NCBI RefSeq assembly: GCF_039654945.1
Contig: NW_027361703.1
Span: 28,086,001 to 28,150,000, forward strand
From: Dendrobates tinctorius
Taxonomy: Eukaryota
DNA: 64,000 nucleotides
Direction of reading: 5' to 3'
Positions within the stretch are counted from its first letter, which is position 1. Each line of letters begins with the position of its first letter. A program made the position numbers and the translations under genes. The notes beneath the pieces are model-generated. The model had not been told where the DNA came from. It did not search any database and saw only the letters and a program-made list of their open reading frames with translations. Shown here one piece after another: positions 52,416-64,000 of the stretch.

Positions 52416-53371
52416 TCACCAGTCACCACCCAGCGACCTAACATAACTTCGGTAACGATTGGACGCCCAACCGCCAATGCGCTGAATCGCAGCCGCACCC
52501 AAACCCCGAACTGCCGCTTCTGACACCGCCCCTATCCTGAAAGAATGAGAAGCAAAATGGGATTCATCCAATCCCAACAATCGAATGGACTTCTTAAAAA
52601 CAGCGCCAAATTGGTATCTGGACACAACAGGGAACCGCTCAAACGAGGACTAAGTTCCCAAAAACTCCGCAAACACTGAACGGGACACATTAAAGACCTG
52701 GGCACACTGCCTAACACAACTCGGCGGCCTTTTTCTGCCTGATCCGTCTTGGACCGCCGCAGCCAAAATTCAATGCCCCGTGCAGTAACCACAACATCCC
52801 TGGCCAATATACCACCAATTGACTCTTTGTTACCCGACACGAGCTCCCCTACCCTCAATGCGCCAAAGAATGCCAACGAAAAAGCTAGGCGAAATAACAA
52901 AACCTCGTAGCGTGAAGCACACACCGACTCCAAAATGCCGCCCAACTGTTCCAATACATTAAAAGATATCGGAAGCCTCACGTCGCCACCGCTTTTCAAA
53001 CGGCGAAACCCTTTTGCCACCTGTTTCACCAAAAATGTCTTTGTCAAATCACGACAGCTGCGCAAACGGAAACCAAAAGACAACCCTGCCAAAACCCGCA
53101 TGGCTTTTGCACCAGACCAACCCTCGGATGCCCCGCACCCCAACCAAGACAACAAAATTCCCTCCTGATTCAGCCCGGGCCCAACAGCCGCATTGGCTGC
53201 AAGATGCTCCTCCCACTTGTGCCAGACTGCCCGGTATGCCTCCCAAGTTTTCGGGGCTAAAGACGACTCAATCAGCGACTCCGCAGCCCATAAGCCATTT
53301 TCCACAGCTCCTCCGGACAAGCTAAACCCATGATCTCTGCCTCTGGCGCCAAAGAGCGGAACCGATCCCAC
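52416..53371 (-). pseudogene. Tyrosine recombinase (frameshifted)
   Basis: AFFGALRVGE; LRRSKTDQ; SHSFRIGA; GGWASNRYRSYVR. Confidence 0.92.
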
Positions 53372-54880
53372 TGCGAATGAGAAAGAGAGTCAGCTATATC
53401 GTTCTTGACACCTGGAACATGTGTCGCGGTCACATGTGCATTCAGCTCCAAACATAGTAAGACCAATTGTTGCAACACCCGAACGACTGGAGGAGACAAT
53501 GCAGTAAGACCATTAATCGCGCACACCACACCCATGTTATCGCAATTAAAACGCACGCGCCGATCCCGAAACTCCCGTCCCCACAGGTGTACGGCTACGA
53601 AAATCGGAAAGATCTCCAACAAAGTGATGGTGCGTACCAAGCCATCCACTGGGCTACTGGGACGTGCACCACTGCCCCCGGAAGTAAGCCCCAAATCCGA
53701 CACCGCCAGCCGCATCCGTAAACAACTCCAACGCGTCGTTGCCGACCACCTCTTCCATCACCAACGAACGGCTGTTATACCCCTCCAGAAAAGACTCCCA
53801 AATCGTCAAATCTGCCCTCAGTTCCGCCGATAATCTGATGAAATGATGCGGGGCTCGAATCCCTGCGGTCGCGCTTGCCAGCCGACGTGAAAAGACTCGC
53901 CCCATCGGCATGACTCGACATGCAAAGTTGAGCTTCCCCAACAAAGACAGGAGATCACGCAATGACAACTTTTTTACACGGCGCGCTCGGACCACCTCCG
54001 CCCGCAAATCCGCCAACTTATCATCAGGCAGCCGGAACTCCCAACTCACCGTGTCAATGACAATTCCCAAAAAATGCAGGCATGTACTAGGGCCCTCGGT
54101 TTTCCCAGGTGCAAGTGGAACTCCAAAACGCTCCGCCACCCACTCAATGGCTTGCAAAATTCTGTCACAACGCAAAGAATCCGCCGGGCCAACACATAAA
54201 AAGTCATCCAAGTAATGAATGACCGAATCGAAACTGGAAACATCACGCACGACCCACTCCAGAAAGGAACTGAAGGCTTCAAAATACGCCCAGGACAGCG
54301 AACATCCCATGGGTAGACACCTGTCCACAAAAAAACATGCTTTCCCAATAGCAACCCAGCAGCTTCATGCTATCTGGGTGGACCGGCAGCAAACGAAATG
54401 CGGATTCAATGTCCGTTTTAGCCATGAGGGCACCCAGACCACATTTCCGCACCCACCGTGCTGCTTCATCAAAGGAGGAGTAAACCACCGAACAGATCTC
54501 CAAATCAATACCGTCGTTAACCGACCCCCCGCGTGGGTAAGACAAATGTTGAATAAGCCGAAACTTATTCGGCTCTTTCTTCGGCACCACTCCCAAAGGG
54601 GAAACCACCAAATCCGAAAGCGGGGGAGAAACAAAGGGGTCTGGCATACAGCCCAACGAAACTTCCTTTTCCAGTTTTTCAGAAACCACCGTACTATGTA
54701 ACAAGGCTGAACGCAAATTTTTCAAAACCCGCGGAATTGCAAAAGGGGGGTGAGGGATTATAAAACCGTCTTTAAAACCCGCGTACAGCAAAGCCGCCTT
54801 CTCCCTGTCCCCATATCTATTTAGATAAGGGACCATCCTTTCCAGCTTCACTGGAGTCTCCCCCTTGGGAATAACTACCG
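53272..54880 (-). pseudogene. Ngaro RT-RNase H (frameshifted)
   Basis: SPLGVVPKKEPNKFRLIQHLSYP; KTDIESAFR; LPMGCS; HYLDDF; FTDAAG; CDNMGVV; NDIADSLS. Confidence 0.92.
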
Positions 54881-55974
54881 CTGGTTCTGGGCTTCCCTTT
54901 CTTGAAACACTTGGCGGCTCCATGCGAAGCGCTATTGCAGTTGAAGCAAATATGCTTGAATTTGCAATTCGCCCCAAACTTACACTGGCCGTCGTTAAAC
55001 TGCCAGCACACTCCCAACTTAAGACTCCCCATTTGACCTTGCCCGCCTCCGCCTGAGACACTGGAATTGCTGCTACTCTGGCTGGGACTCCCAGCCCCCC
55101 CGTGAAAGGAGCTCCCAAACTTATTTTGAGCTATGACCCGCATCCACAACCCAATGTCCTTCTGGTCCCAACGGATAGCCGGACGTACAGCCTTCCTCTG
55201 CCGAAATTGCTCGTCGTACCGCAACCAAGCCTACCCCCCGTACACCCTGTAGGCCTCCCTTATGGCATCAAAGTAACAAAATAACGCCGAGCAATTATCG
55301 GGGGCCTTTTCCCCAATGACGCTTGCCAAAATAGCGAACGCCTGTTGCCAATTAACAAACGTTTGAGGAATCAGATACCACCTGCCCTTTTCTTTGTCCT
55401 CCTTTTTACTATCGTCCTTCTTCTCCTTATCCAAATTAAATTTCTCGAGTGGTAACAAGGAAAATATTTCCACGTACTCGTCCTTCCAAATGCGCTCCTT
55501 TACTTCCTTCTTTAAATGAGCCCTCAGCTGGCCTTCAAAACAAACATACACCTCCCCATGAACCCTGTCGTCCAAATGCACACGACATTCTTTTTCCTTT
55601 TCAGTTTGCACCGATACCGACACTGCCTCCCTTGCGCGCCCGGCCAGATCCGATTGTGCCCCAACCCAAGCTGCTACCGGTGAAGGCGCGACAAGACCCC
55701 GCTTCAGACGTGACACCAAACTACGCATGTCCGTGAGCACGTTGCTAACACCACCGGCTGCGCCTACGCCACTGAACCCCAACCCCCACCAACACCGAGG
55801 GATTCTGCCAACGGCCCCCCCGCTTAACCAAGGTGATGTTGCAACGGGATGACAAACAGGGGAACCAGAAGCATACTCACCAGGCTGCGAGGGGGCTGTG
55901 TGCCCTCCAGCCGGAAAACCTGGATCCGCGGATGTGACCTCGCCGGCTTGATGGCGACCTCTGGGACTCCCCAC
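54817..55974 (-). pseudogene. Ngaro ORF1 (gag-like) with a C-terminal Cys/His finger, one in-frame stop
   Basis: KERIWKDEYVEIFSLL; YDEQFRQRKA; CWQFNDGQCKFGANCKFKHICFNC...H...C. Confidence 0.8.
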
Positions 55975-57449
55975 AGGAGGAACCAGATTGGGGTGCCTGA
56001 GCCCCCCGGGGGACCCAGATGGCGGGACCTTGGATACAGATGCCGGCCTCCCGAAAAGAGCCCATCACCTCCATCTACTGGCGTCCCTGTGCCGTCCTCC
56101 CCTTCCAGATGCTGCTGCTGAAGCAGGCCGCCAAGCTGGGGCTCCCCCTCTGCGGCGCCCCGCCGCACCCGATGTCCCCCTACTGCTAGGGGACGATGGT
56201 GGCAGCACTGCAGGGTTGCAGGCCGATGATTCCCCGTCAGTCGCCCTCATACTGGAGGGGCAGTCAGGCCGCGCGGCGAGGAGGCTACTGCCGCGGCCCC
56301 CCTCTGCTCCTGATGCCTGCCGCCGCCCAGCGTGTGACAGCTCCGCCCCCCGCTTGGATCCAGGATGCGGCTTTGTCACTGCCGCGGGCCCTCACCGAGA
56401 ATGCGGATTCCTCCCAGGCCAGGATGCGGCGGTGGGAGCAGAGTGCGGCGCCCGGCCTGGAGGGTCCCGGGAGGGGCTCCTGCGGCGTCACGAGGCCCTG
56501 GGAGTCGGGTGAGAGCCACTCGGGAGACCTCACCTGTCTGGAATGCCGCTCCTTCACCAATGCTGGGGCCGACTGCCCGGCGGTCCACGGAACGATCCCC
56601 ACCACCTGTGACTCAAGCCAGCCTGGGGGCTGCGACCGCGCCGCAGCTGTTCCAGGACCCGCTCGACCTCCGCCATGGTAAGTGGACTGCTTATTCGCTG
56701 GGGAGCAGGAGCCGAAAGGGGAGGGGGACGCTCCCGCCCCCCCCATGTACTCCCCAACACCCCTCCTCCTGGGTACTCCCCCCTGTTGCTCCTTATGCCT
56801 CCTTTGGGAGGGTGGGGAGGCTCAGCTCCTGCCATTTCTATGTATTGGGCACAGTGAATCCACATGGTTCAGTGATCACATGTGAAGTCACCTGCATTTA
56901 ATAGCCGGTATCAGACATGTGCTGCGTCCAAAGTGCTCCCAATTCCTGATCTTGTGCACCTGGCGTAAGAAAATAAATCATTGAATTTCAGAAAAAAAAA
57001 ATTAATTTGACCTCTGCTTGTGTCGGTGCAGTCTTTGGCCCTGTTGGGGATTTACGTTAATCCTATTTTACGTGGATTCAGGAAGCGACCCCGGATGCAC
57101 TGCAGAAGCACATTGTGAACAGGGCTTAATATCCTATTGTGTGGAATAGTGCAGTCAAATATATTTTTCCGCGCTGTCCCAGCGCAGCAGCCAGACACGG
57201 ACACCAGCCAGGAGACACATTTTTTTTTAGAATTATGTTGCTGTCTTCTCTCAGCGTTTCTGCAGCCTGTTTTTCCTATTCAACTGAATGGGACACAAAA
57301 ATGCAAGTGAAAAAGCTGCAGAAATGCTGGAATATTTCCTGCCAACACTGTAGATCAATCCGCTGCAAAAATGGTGCATGTGAACAAACACTACATGGGT
57401 TTTCTGAGAATGCAAAAATAATTAGCATGAAATGATAAATCCCCCACGG

Positions 57450-58005
57450 CTCCAGCACTGATGCTCTGGGGGTCTCGGCCAGTCTCAGCACTGGGTTGCA
57501 AAGGTCTTGTGGCTCTGGGGGTCTCCGTCAGTCTTAGTACTAGGCTGCAGGGGTCTTGTGTCTCTGGGGGTCTCCACCAGTCTCAGCACTGGGCTGCAAA
57601 GGTCTTGTGGTTCTGGGGGTCTCTGTCAGTCTTAGTACTAGGCTGCAGGGGTCTTGTGTCTCTGGGGGTCTCCATCAGTCTTAGCACTGGGCTGCAGTGG
57701 TCTTGTGTCTCCGGGGGTCTCTGTCAGTCTTAGCACTAGGCTGCAGGGGTCTTGAGTCTCTGGGGGTCTCCGTCAGTCTTTGCACTGGGCTGCAGTGGTC
57801 TTGTGTCTCTGGGGGTCTCCATCAGTCTTAGCACTGGGCTGCAGTGGTCTTGTGTCTACGGGGGTTTCCATCAGTCTTAGCACTAGGCTGCAGGGGTCTT
57901 GAGTCTCTGGGGGTCTCCGTCAGTCTTAGCACTGGGCTGCAGTGGTCTTGTGTCTCCGGTGGTCTCCGTCAGTCTTAGCACTAGGCTGCAGGGGTCTTGT
58001 GGCTT
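57450..58005 (+). repeat. ~49-bp minisatellite
   Basis: cagtcttagcactgggctgcagtggtcttgtgtctctgggggtctccgt, about 11 copies. Confidence 0.9.
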
Positions 58006-58426
58006 TACCTTAATTTATAGCTGCAAAGTGAATAATAGCCATCACTGAACCCTGAACCATCGGCTACAGAGCCAGAGGGGATTTAGGAGAATAGTTTGGG
58101 GGACATGTAAGCCTTTTTTTAATCGCTTTTTATTCTGCTGTTTGCGAGGTAGGATGTAGAAAAAAACGACAATTCTGCTAATGTTTTCTATTATGTGATG
58201 GTACAGCCCCCTTCACACGACCTATCATGTTTTTCACAGATGCCACGTGTCCCCTACTTGACCTACGGTGCTGCTCTCATGTCCGTGTGTTCCCAGCAAC
58301 ACAGATAACAAGGGCCAATACAAGTCTATGGGTCCATGTAAACATGCCGTCCGTGTGCTGTATGTGTTTAACATGGAAAATATATGAGAAGCTTTGTAAT
58401 TTCATTTCCATTATCCATACTGGAAA

Positions 58427-58748
58427 AACGAAAAAATTGGTTTGGTACCGGGTTAGCTAGTAGAAAGAAATATATAAAGTGCTCTCAGTGAGAAAAACAA
58501 AATAGGAATCTTGTGGGCATGATACCTTTTAATGGCTAGCAAATAATAGTGAATGATGTTACAAAGCAAGCTCCATTGTATATAAATAAGGTTTCTTCAA
58601 ATATTTTGTCATATCAGACTGATGAAGGGACGTAAGCAGTCCCGAAAGCTTGCTTTGTAACAACATTCACTATTATTTGTTAGCCAGGTATCATACCCAC
58701 AAGATTCCTATTTTGCTTCTCTCACTGAGAGCATTTTATATATTTTTT
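58427..58748. mobile_element. Small Penelope-type pLTR insertion with ~105-bp inverted arms
   Basis: 13-bp TSD tccatactggaaa (58414-58426, 58749-58761); 58467-58572 mirrors 58647-58748. Confidence 0.8.
58616..58655 (+). ncRNA. Hammerhead-like motif
   Basis: CTGATGA-a-gggac-gtaagca-gtccc-GAAA-gct; perfect stem II, weak stem I. Confidence 0.65.
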
Positions 58749-59787
58749 TCCATACTGGAAATACACGGATTGCACATGGACGGCACACTGAATGAAAACA
58801 CTGGTGACACTGATATTGAGGAAACATTCACGTGTTTTATATGGACATGGGGGCCCCACTTTGAATTTTGCCTAGGGCCCCAATTAGTCTAAAACTGGCC
58901 CTGTCCATCAGGCAGACTATATGTATCTAGGTACTGCCTATCACTTCTATAAGTACTTATAAGTACTATAAGTAAGCACAAATTACTGACTTATGGCCAT
59001 TATCTCATGACATACCAGGTATATCAACTTTATGGCCTCTTATTCTTAGGATTTTCCTAGGATAATGCATCCATAATATCGCCACTGGACGTATATGGGG
59101 CTCACATCATGAGAATACTTCTGCTTTAGGCCTTTCGGGCAATCATATTCTTCTGGGCATTTATTTGCCCCATGATTCTTAGTATGGGCTTCTTTGATTG
59201 CAGGATAAGCTTTTCCTCCGGAATTGATATTCATTCTGGTATTCCAGATGACTTTATGATTATTACCCTTGGATATTATTGATACATTTTCTCTGGTCAT
59301 ATATTTCCTTCATCCAATTTACCCAACATGTATGTATATAAGATATACTCTTTTTTATGCGTATACGTCCTTGGTTTATATATTATATACCAGCATCTTT
59401 CCTATGTGTTGAGGCTTTTCTTGCATGGAGGGTGTTTGCCATTATGTGTTTATTTACACCATTCTTTTTTGGCCCACTCATTTACTTACCTGGTAAATAG
59501 CTGTATTACCATAGACACAGTGCGGAGCATCCTTGTAAGAAGTGTGGGGGTCCTCACACTGTGCCTGCCCAGCTTGGCTATGGGCATTCGTCTTTATGTT
59601 GAAGGCGCATGTCCTAGCTTTCTCTGTGCTCCATTTGAGATCAGCTCATCCTCTGGTTTCATGCCTGGACATTGATCATGAGTCTCACCATAGCTCACCT
59701 CTCACATACAGGAATGTCGCAGGAAACACTGGTAACCAATTTACACATTAGGATACAAGTATTTATACACATACCTTCAACATATTT

Positions 59788-59825
59788 CCTCTAACGAAGC
59801 TGCGCTCGCAGTGATACGCGTTGGG
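59788..59825 (+). ncRNA. Decayed hammerhead in a probable Penelope 3' region
   Basis: cct-CTAACGA-a-gctgcgctcgcagt-GATA-cgcg-TT-ggg; two core mutations. Confidence 0.45.
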
Positions 59826-60031
59826 CTTGTCTTCATACCCCTGGAACTTGGGGATGCTAATCTCCATGGTATTGTCTGTCTTTCTCATAGGAGCATTACC
59901 ATACTATTACTATATCCTTATTATATTGCAGCTAGGGACCTTGCACATATCTCTATACTAAACTTCTCAGCTTCAAGGATTACCTTATCACACTTATACT
60001 ATCTTCTACTCATATATCTTGTTTATTGTCC

Positions 60032-60605
60032 TGTAACGTGCTGCTGCAGTGCAGTACAGCGCAACCACCACAAGGGGGTGATGGTGAGGGAAGAGATGTT
60101 GCACACACACAGCGTAGTAACACAGAGCAACAGCACAGGTGTCACAGGTAACGAAAGAGTGGTCAGACTAACTGAAGTCAGCAACTGCCAGGAGCAGAAG
60201 TACCAAGGGAGACAGCAATTGCATAGTCAGGGACGAGCGAGAAGTCAGGACCTTCCAGGAACGTGGTATCAGAAACATAAGACGTAAGCCGTTGTCAGGG
60301 TACAAGCCAGAGGGTCTAAAGCCAGTCGGAAAGCGTGGTATCAGAAATGGAAAAACCAGAACCAGAGTCCAGAGATGAAGCCGGGTCATACACAAGTCCA
60401 GGTAATCGGGGGTAGAAGGAATACTCAAGGAATGCAGGTCAGAGGCATTAGCTTGGAAGCTTGCAGTATAGCTGACGCTGGCCCACAGGCTGCAAAGGAC
60501 TGAAATAACCCAGCCAGCTCCAAAACAAGGCAGAGGGGATTAACCCCCGCATGACCAGTCCAAAGAGAAGACAGCAGAAAACAAACTCTGGACTGGATCA
60601 TGACA
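60032..60605 (-). mobile_element. Solo LTR
   Basis: TGTAAC...ATGACA termini; 4-bp TSD gtcc. Confidence 0.75.
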
Positions 60606-61014
60606 GTCCCTTATAGAGATATCAGCATAAATTAGGGATCTACATCTCCATTTTTCTATCTTTATGCATATGCCTTAGCCAGGTCTCTTGACATTATGTT
60701 TATGGACTATGTGGATATTGCATCTATTATGGGATGACCATATATCATCAGCTACCCTGAGGAAATCTAGCACTGGCATCTATATATCTCTAAGACGGAC
60801 AAACATATTTGCCGTTTTGGTTGCTTTTAGTGTCTATGTTTATGCTGCCTACATAATATTGAGCTCTTGTTTACTGCATTATACATTTTGCTCCTAGATT
60901 ATTATGGATCCAGGGGTGTTGTCACCTCGTATTACTCTATGTGGTTTTAAAAGTTTTTATGGTTGTATGTTCTATTGGTGGTAAATAAAATCATGTTTTC
61001 TATCATACCATATA

Positions 61015-61780
61015 CAGGTGCTTCTCACAAAATTGGAATATCATCAAAAATTTATTTCAGTCCTTTAATACAAAAAGTGAAACTCATATATTATTTAGAG
61101 TCATTACAAACAGAGTGATGTATTTCAAGTGTTTATTTCTGTTAATATTGATGATTATGGCTTACAGCCAATGAAAACTCAGCGTCATTATCCCATTAAA
61201 TTAGAATACTTTATAACACCAGCTTGAAAAAATGATTTTGAAATCTGAATTGTTAGCCTCCTAAAATGTATGTTCAGTAAATGCACTCAATACTTGGTCG
61301 GGGTTCCTTTTGCATCAATTACAGCATCAATGCAGCATGGCATGGAGGCGGTCAGCCTGTGGCACTGCTGAGGTGTTATGGAAGCACAGGTTGCTTTGAT
61401 AGCAGCCTTCAGCTTGTCTGCATTGTTGGATATGGTGTCTCTCATCTTCCTCTTGACAATATCCCAATTCTCTATGTGGTTAAGGTCAGGCGAGTTTGCT
61501 GGCCAATCAAGCACAGTGATACTGTTGTTTTTAAACCAGGTATTGGTACTTTTGGCAGTGTGGACGGGTGCCAAGTCCTGATGGAGAATCAAATTTCCCA
61601 CTCCAAGAAGTTTGTAGGCAGAGGGAAACATGAAATGCTCTAAAATTTCCTGGTAGACGGCTGTGCTGACTCTGGTCTTGATAAAGCACAGAGGACCTAC
61701 ACCAGCAGATGACATGACTCCCCATTCCAACACTGATTATGGAAACTTCACACTAGACCTCAAGCAGCTTGGATTGTGTG
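61015..61780 (-). mobile_element. Tc1 element 3' half
   Basis: TA|caggtg TIR; QDLAPVHTAK...DWPANSPDLNHIEN...KGTPTKY. Confidence 0.9.
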
Positions 61781-62062
61781 TGTAACGCCACTGTGTTTGG
61801 ACCTTGTTTCACGGCGCTACTCTGCATCTCTGCTTTAACCTTTCGCTCCTTTCCCTCTAATGATCTGGAATGCTGTTGTCAGTTATCTGTGTGTATGCTG
61901 CTCAGTGTCTGGCTCCGCTGCATAGCCGTACATACGTGCGTGGTTCTGCTGCGCTGCATGACCACCCGCACGTGTGGTTCCTGGCAGTCACTGTGGGAAG
62001 CCACCCGTGGGTTAGTGAGGTCTGCTGCACTCTGCATGACTTACCACTCTGCATGACTTACC
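61781..62062 (+). mobile_element. 5' fragment of the LTR family seen at 43514 and 44744
   Basis: TGTAACG start and colinear similarity. Confidence 0.8.
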
Positions 62063-62147
62063 TACTATTTAATATATTTATTAATGATCTAGTGGATGGC
62101 TTACACAGTAAAATATCAGTATTTGCAGATGATACAAAACTATGTAA

Positions 62148-63562
62148 GGCTGGTTTCACATTTGCGTTTTTTAGCGCTGGAAAAAAACGCACACCTGCGC
62201 ATGCGTTTTTTCCCCTATATTTAACATGGGTGCGCATACCTGCGCGCTGGTAAGCGCATGTATGCGATTTTCATGCGCTGCGTTTTTTTGGGGTGTGCGT
62301 TGGGATTTTCCAGACGCAGCATGTTGCATTTTTTGGCCCTGCAAAAAAGCGCATGCGCACATATGCGCACGTTTTGCGCTAAAAATGGCCATTATAGCCT
62401 ATGGATGCGCATATGTGCGCACTGGCATGCTCATGTATGCGTTTTTTTGCATATGCGTTTTTTTTTTTAAACCATGGAATTTAGGGGTTTGGGTTAGAGT
62501 TAGGGTTAGTTAAGGGGGTTTAGGGTTAGGGTTATGGTCAGGGTCAGGGTTAGGGTTGGGGTTTGGGTCAGGGTTAGGGTTAAGTATGGTTTTGTTAAGG
62601 ATTAGGGTCATGGTTAGGGTCAGGATTAGGGTTAAGTATGGTTTTGTTAAGGGTTAGGGTCAGGGTTAGGGTTAGGGTTAGGGTTAGGGTCAGGGTTAGG
62701 GTTAGGGTTAGGGTCAGGGTTAGGGTCAGGATTAGGGTTAAGTATGGTTTTGTTAAGGATTAGGGTCATGGTTAGGGTCAGGATTAGGGTTAAGTATGGT
62801 TTTGTTAAGGGTTAGGGTCAGGGTTAGGGTTAGGGTTAGGGTTAGGGTCAGGGTTAGGGTTAGGGTTAGGGTTAGGGTCAGGGTTAGGGTCAGGATTAGG
62901 GTTAAGTATGGTTTTGTTAAGGATTAGGGTCAGGGTTAGGGTCAGGATTAGGGTTAGTATGGTTTTGTTAAGGGTTAGGGTCAGGGTTAGGGTTAGGGTT
63001 AGGGTTAGGGTCAGGGTTAGGGTCAGGATTAGGGTTAANNNNNNNNNNNNNNNNNNNNNNNNNNNNNNNNNNNNNNNNNNNNNNNNNNNNNNNNNNNNNN
63101 NNNNNNNNNNNNNNNNNNNNNNNNNNNNNNNNNNNNNNNNNNNNNNNNNNNNNNNNNNNNNNNNNNNNNNNNNNNNNNNNNNNNNNNNNNNNNNNNNNNN
63201 NNNNNNNNNNNNNNNNNNNNGTTTGGGTTAGGGTTAAGTATGATTTGGTTAAGGGTTAGGGTCAGGGTTAGGGTTAGGGTTAGGGTCAGGGTTAGGGTTA
63301 GGGTTAGGGTCAGGGTTAGGGTTAGTAAAGTCATGGTTTGGGTAGTGTGAGGGGCCACCTAAAAATGTTGGAAAAAAACGCAAACGCGGTAAAAACGCGC
63401 TAAAAACGCATACAAACGCATAAAAACGCTGCGTTTTTTTCATGCATGCTCATAAAAATGCTTGAAAAAAACGCAGCAGTTGTATGCTTATGTATGCGTT
63501 TTTTCAATGCGTTTTTTTGCGGGAAAAACGCGCTGCAAAAAAAAGCAAGTGTGAAACTAGCC
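62148..63562. mobile_element. PIF/Harbinger-type MITE carrying a telomeric-type array
   Basis: TAA TSD; TIRs ggctggtttcaca / tgtgaaactagcc. Confidence 0.85.
62480..63325 (+). repeat. Interstitial (TTAGGG/TCAGGG)n array with an N gap (63039-63220)
   Basis: Direct reading; punctuated by aagtatggttttgttaag. Confidence 0.95.
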
Positions 63563-64000
63563 TAAGGTAGTTAACACAAAGGAGGACAGTATGCAACTAC
63601 AGACAGATTTGAGTAAATTGGAGAATTGGGCTGAAAAATGGAAAATGAGGTTTAACACAGATAAGTGTAAGGTTATGCACATGGGAAGGAGAAACATGCT
63701 ACAATTACTTACTAAATGGGAAACTGCTGGAGAAATCAGACATGGAAAAAGACTTAGGCATCTTAGTCAATAAGAAGCTAAATTGGAGTGCCCAGTGTCA
63801 GGCAGCTGCCACCAAAGCAAATAGGGTCATGGGATGCATTAGAAGAGGTCTGGGGACACGAGATGAAAACATAATTCTCCCTCTGTACAAATCACTCGTC
63901 AGACCACACTTGGAGTATTGTGTGCAATTTTGGACGCCGGTGCTCAAGAAAGACATTACTGAACTTGAAAGGGTTCAAAGGCGGGCTACTAAAATGATAA

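Larger units (their letters stand above)
51240..56840 (-). mobile_element. Ngaro-type tyrosine-recombinase (DIRS order) retrotransposon, near full length with a few frameshifts
   Basis: gag-like, RT/RNase H, YR and SGNH ORFs in order; boundaries approximate. Confidence 0.9.
42871..58903. mobile_element. Non-autonomous hAT-type element expanded to 16 kb by nested insertions
   Basis: Ends caaggctggc... / ...actggccctg; exact 8-bp TSD tccatcag (42863-42870, 58904-58911). Confidence 0.8.
62063..64000 (+). mobile_element. CR1 RT fragment, split by a MITE and running off the window
   Basis: LFNIFINDL...FADDTKLCK|VVN...WKMRFNTDKCKVMH...LVRPHLEY. Confidence 0.9.

Noticed and set aside
55988-56901. 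Multiple overlapping long ORFs as separate genes
   Set aside because: GC-rich 5' region of the Ngaro element; low stop density explains them.
62480-63325. True telomere or chromosome fusion site
   Set aside because: Single orientation, enclosed by MITE TIRs, and the host CR1 frame continues on both sides.

Overview
Vertebrate genomic DNA, most likely an anuran (inferred from the repeat families), that is almost entirely nested transposable elements. I see no confident host gene. From 5' to 3': a decayed env-less class I-like ERV inserted into a Gmr1-type Gypsy element; a 14.2-kb hAT element (8-bp TSD) holding a TTAA piggyBac-type element with an internal 390/373-bp satellite; then Tc1, L1, L2, solo LTRs, four non-autonomous Helitrons and two decayed Penelope (RT + GIY-YIG) elements. 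Further on are a 16-kb composite hAT element containing an LTR element, CR1, a SINE and an Ngaro-type tyrosine-recombinase retrotransposon, and a Harbinger-type MITE carrying (TTAGGG)n. The most interesting signal is a set of minimal hammerhead-ribozyme motifs. These include a non-coding 353-bp tandem unit with one hammerhead per unit, a 5' inverted segment and a 14-bp TSD (16511-17244), which looks like a retrozyme. A second highlight is a near-perfect palindromic LTR-like element with 505-bp arms and a 5-bp TSD (34966-36154). All coordinates were read by eye and may be off by a few bases.
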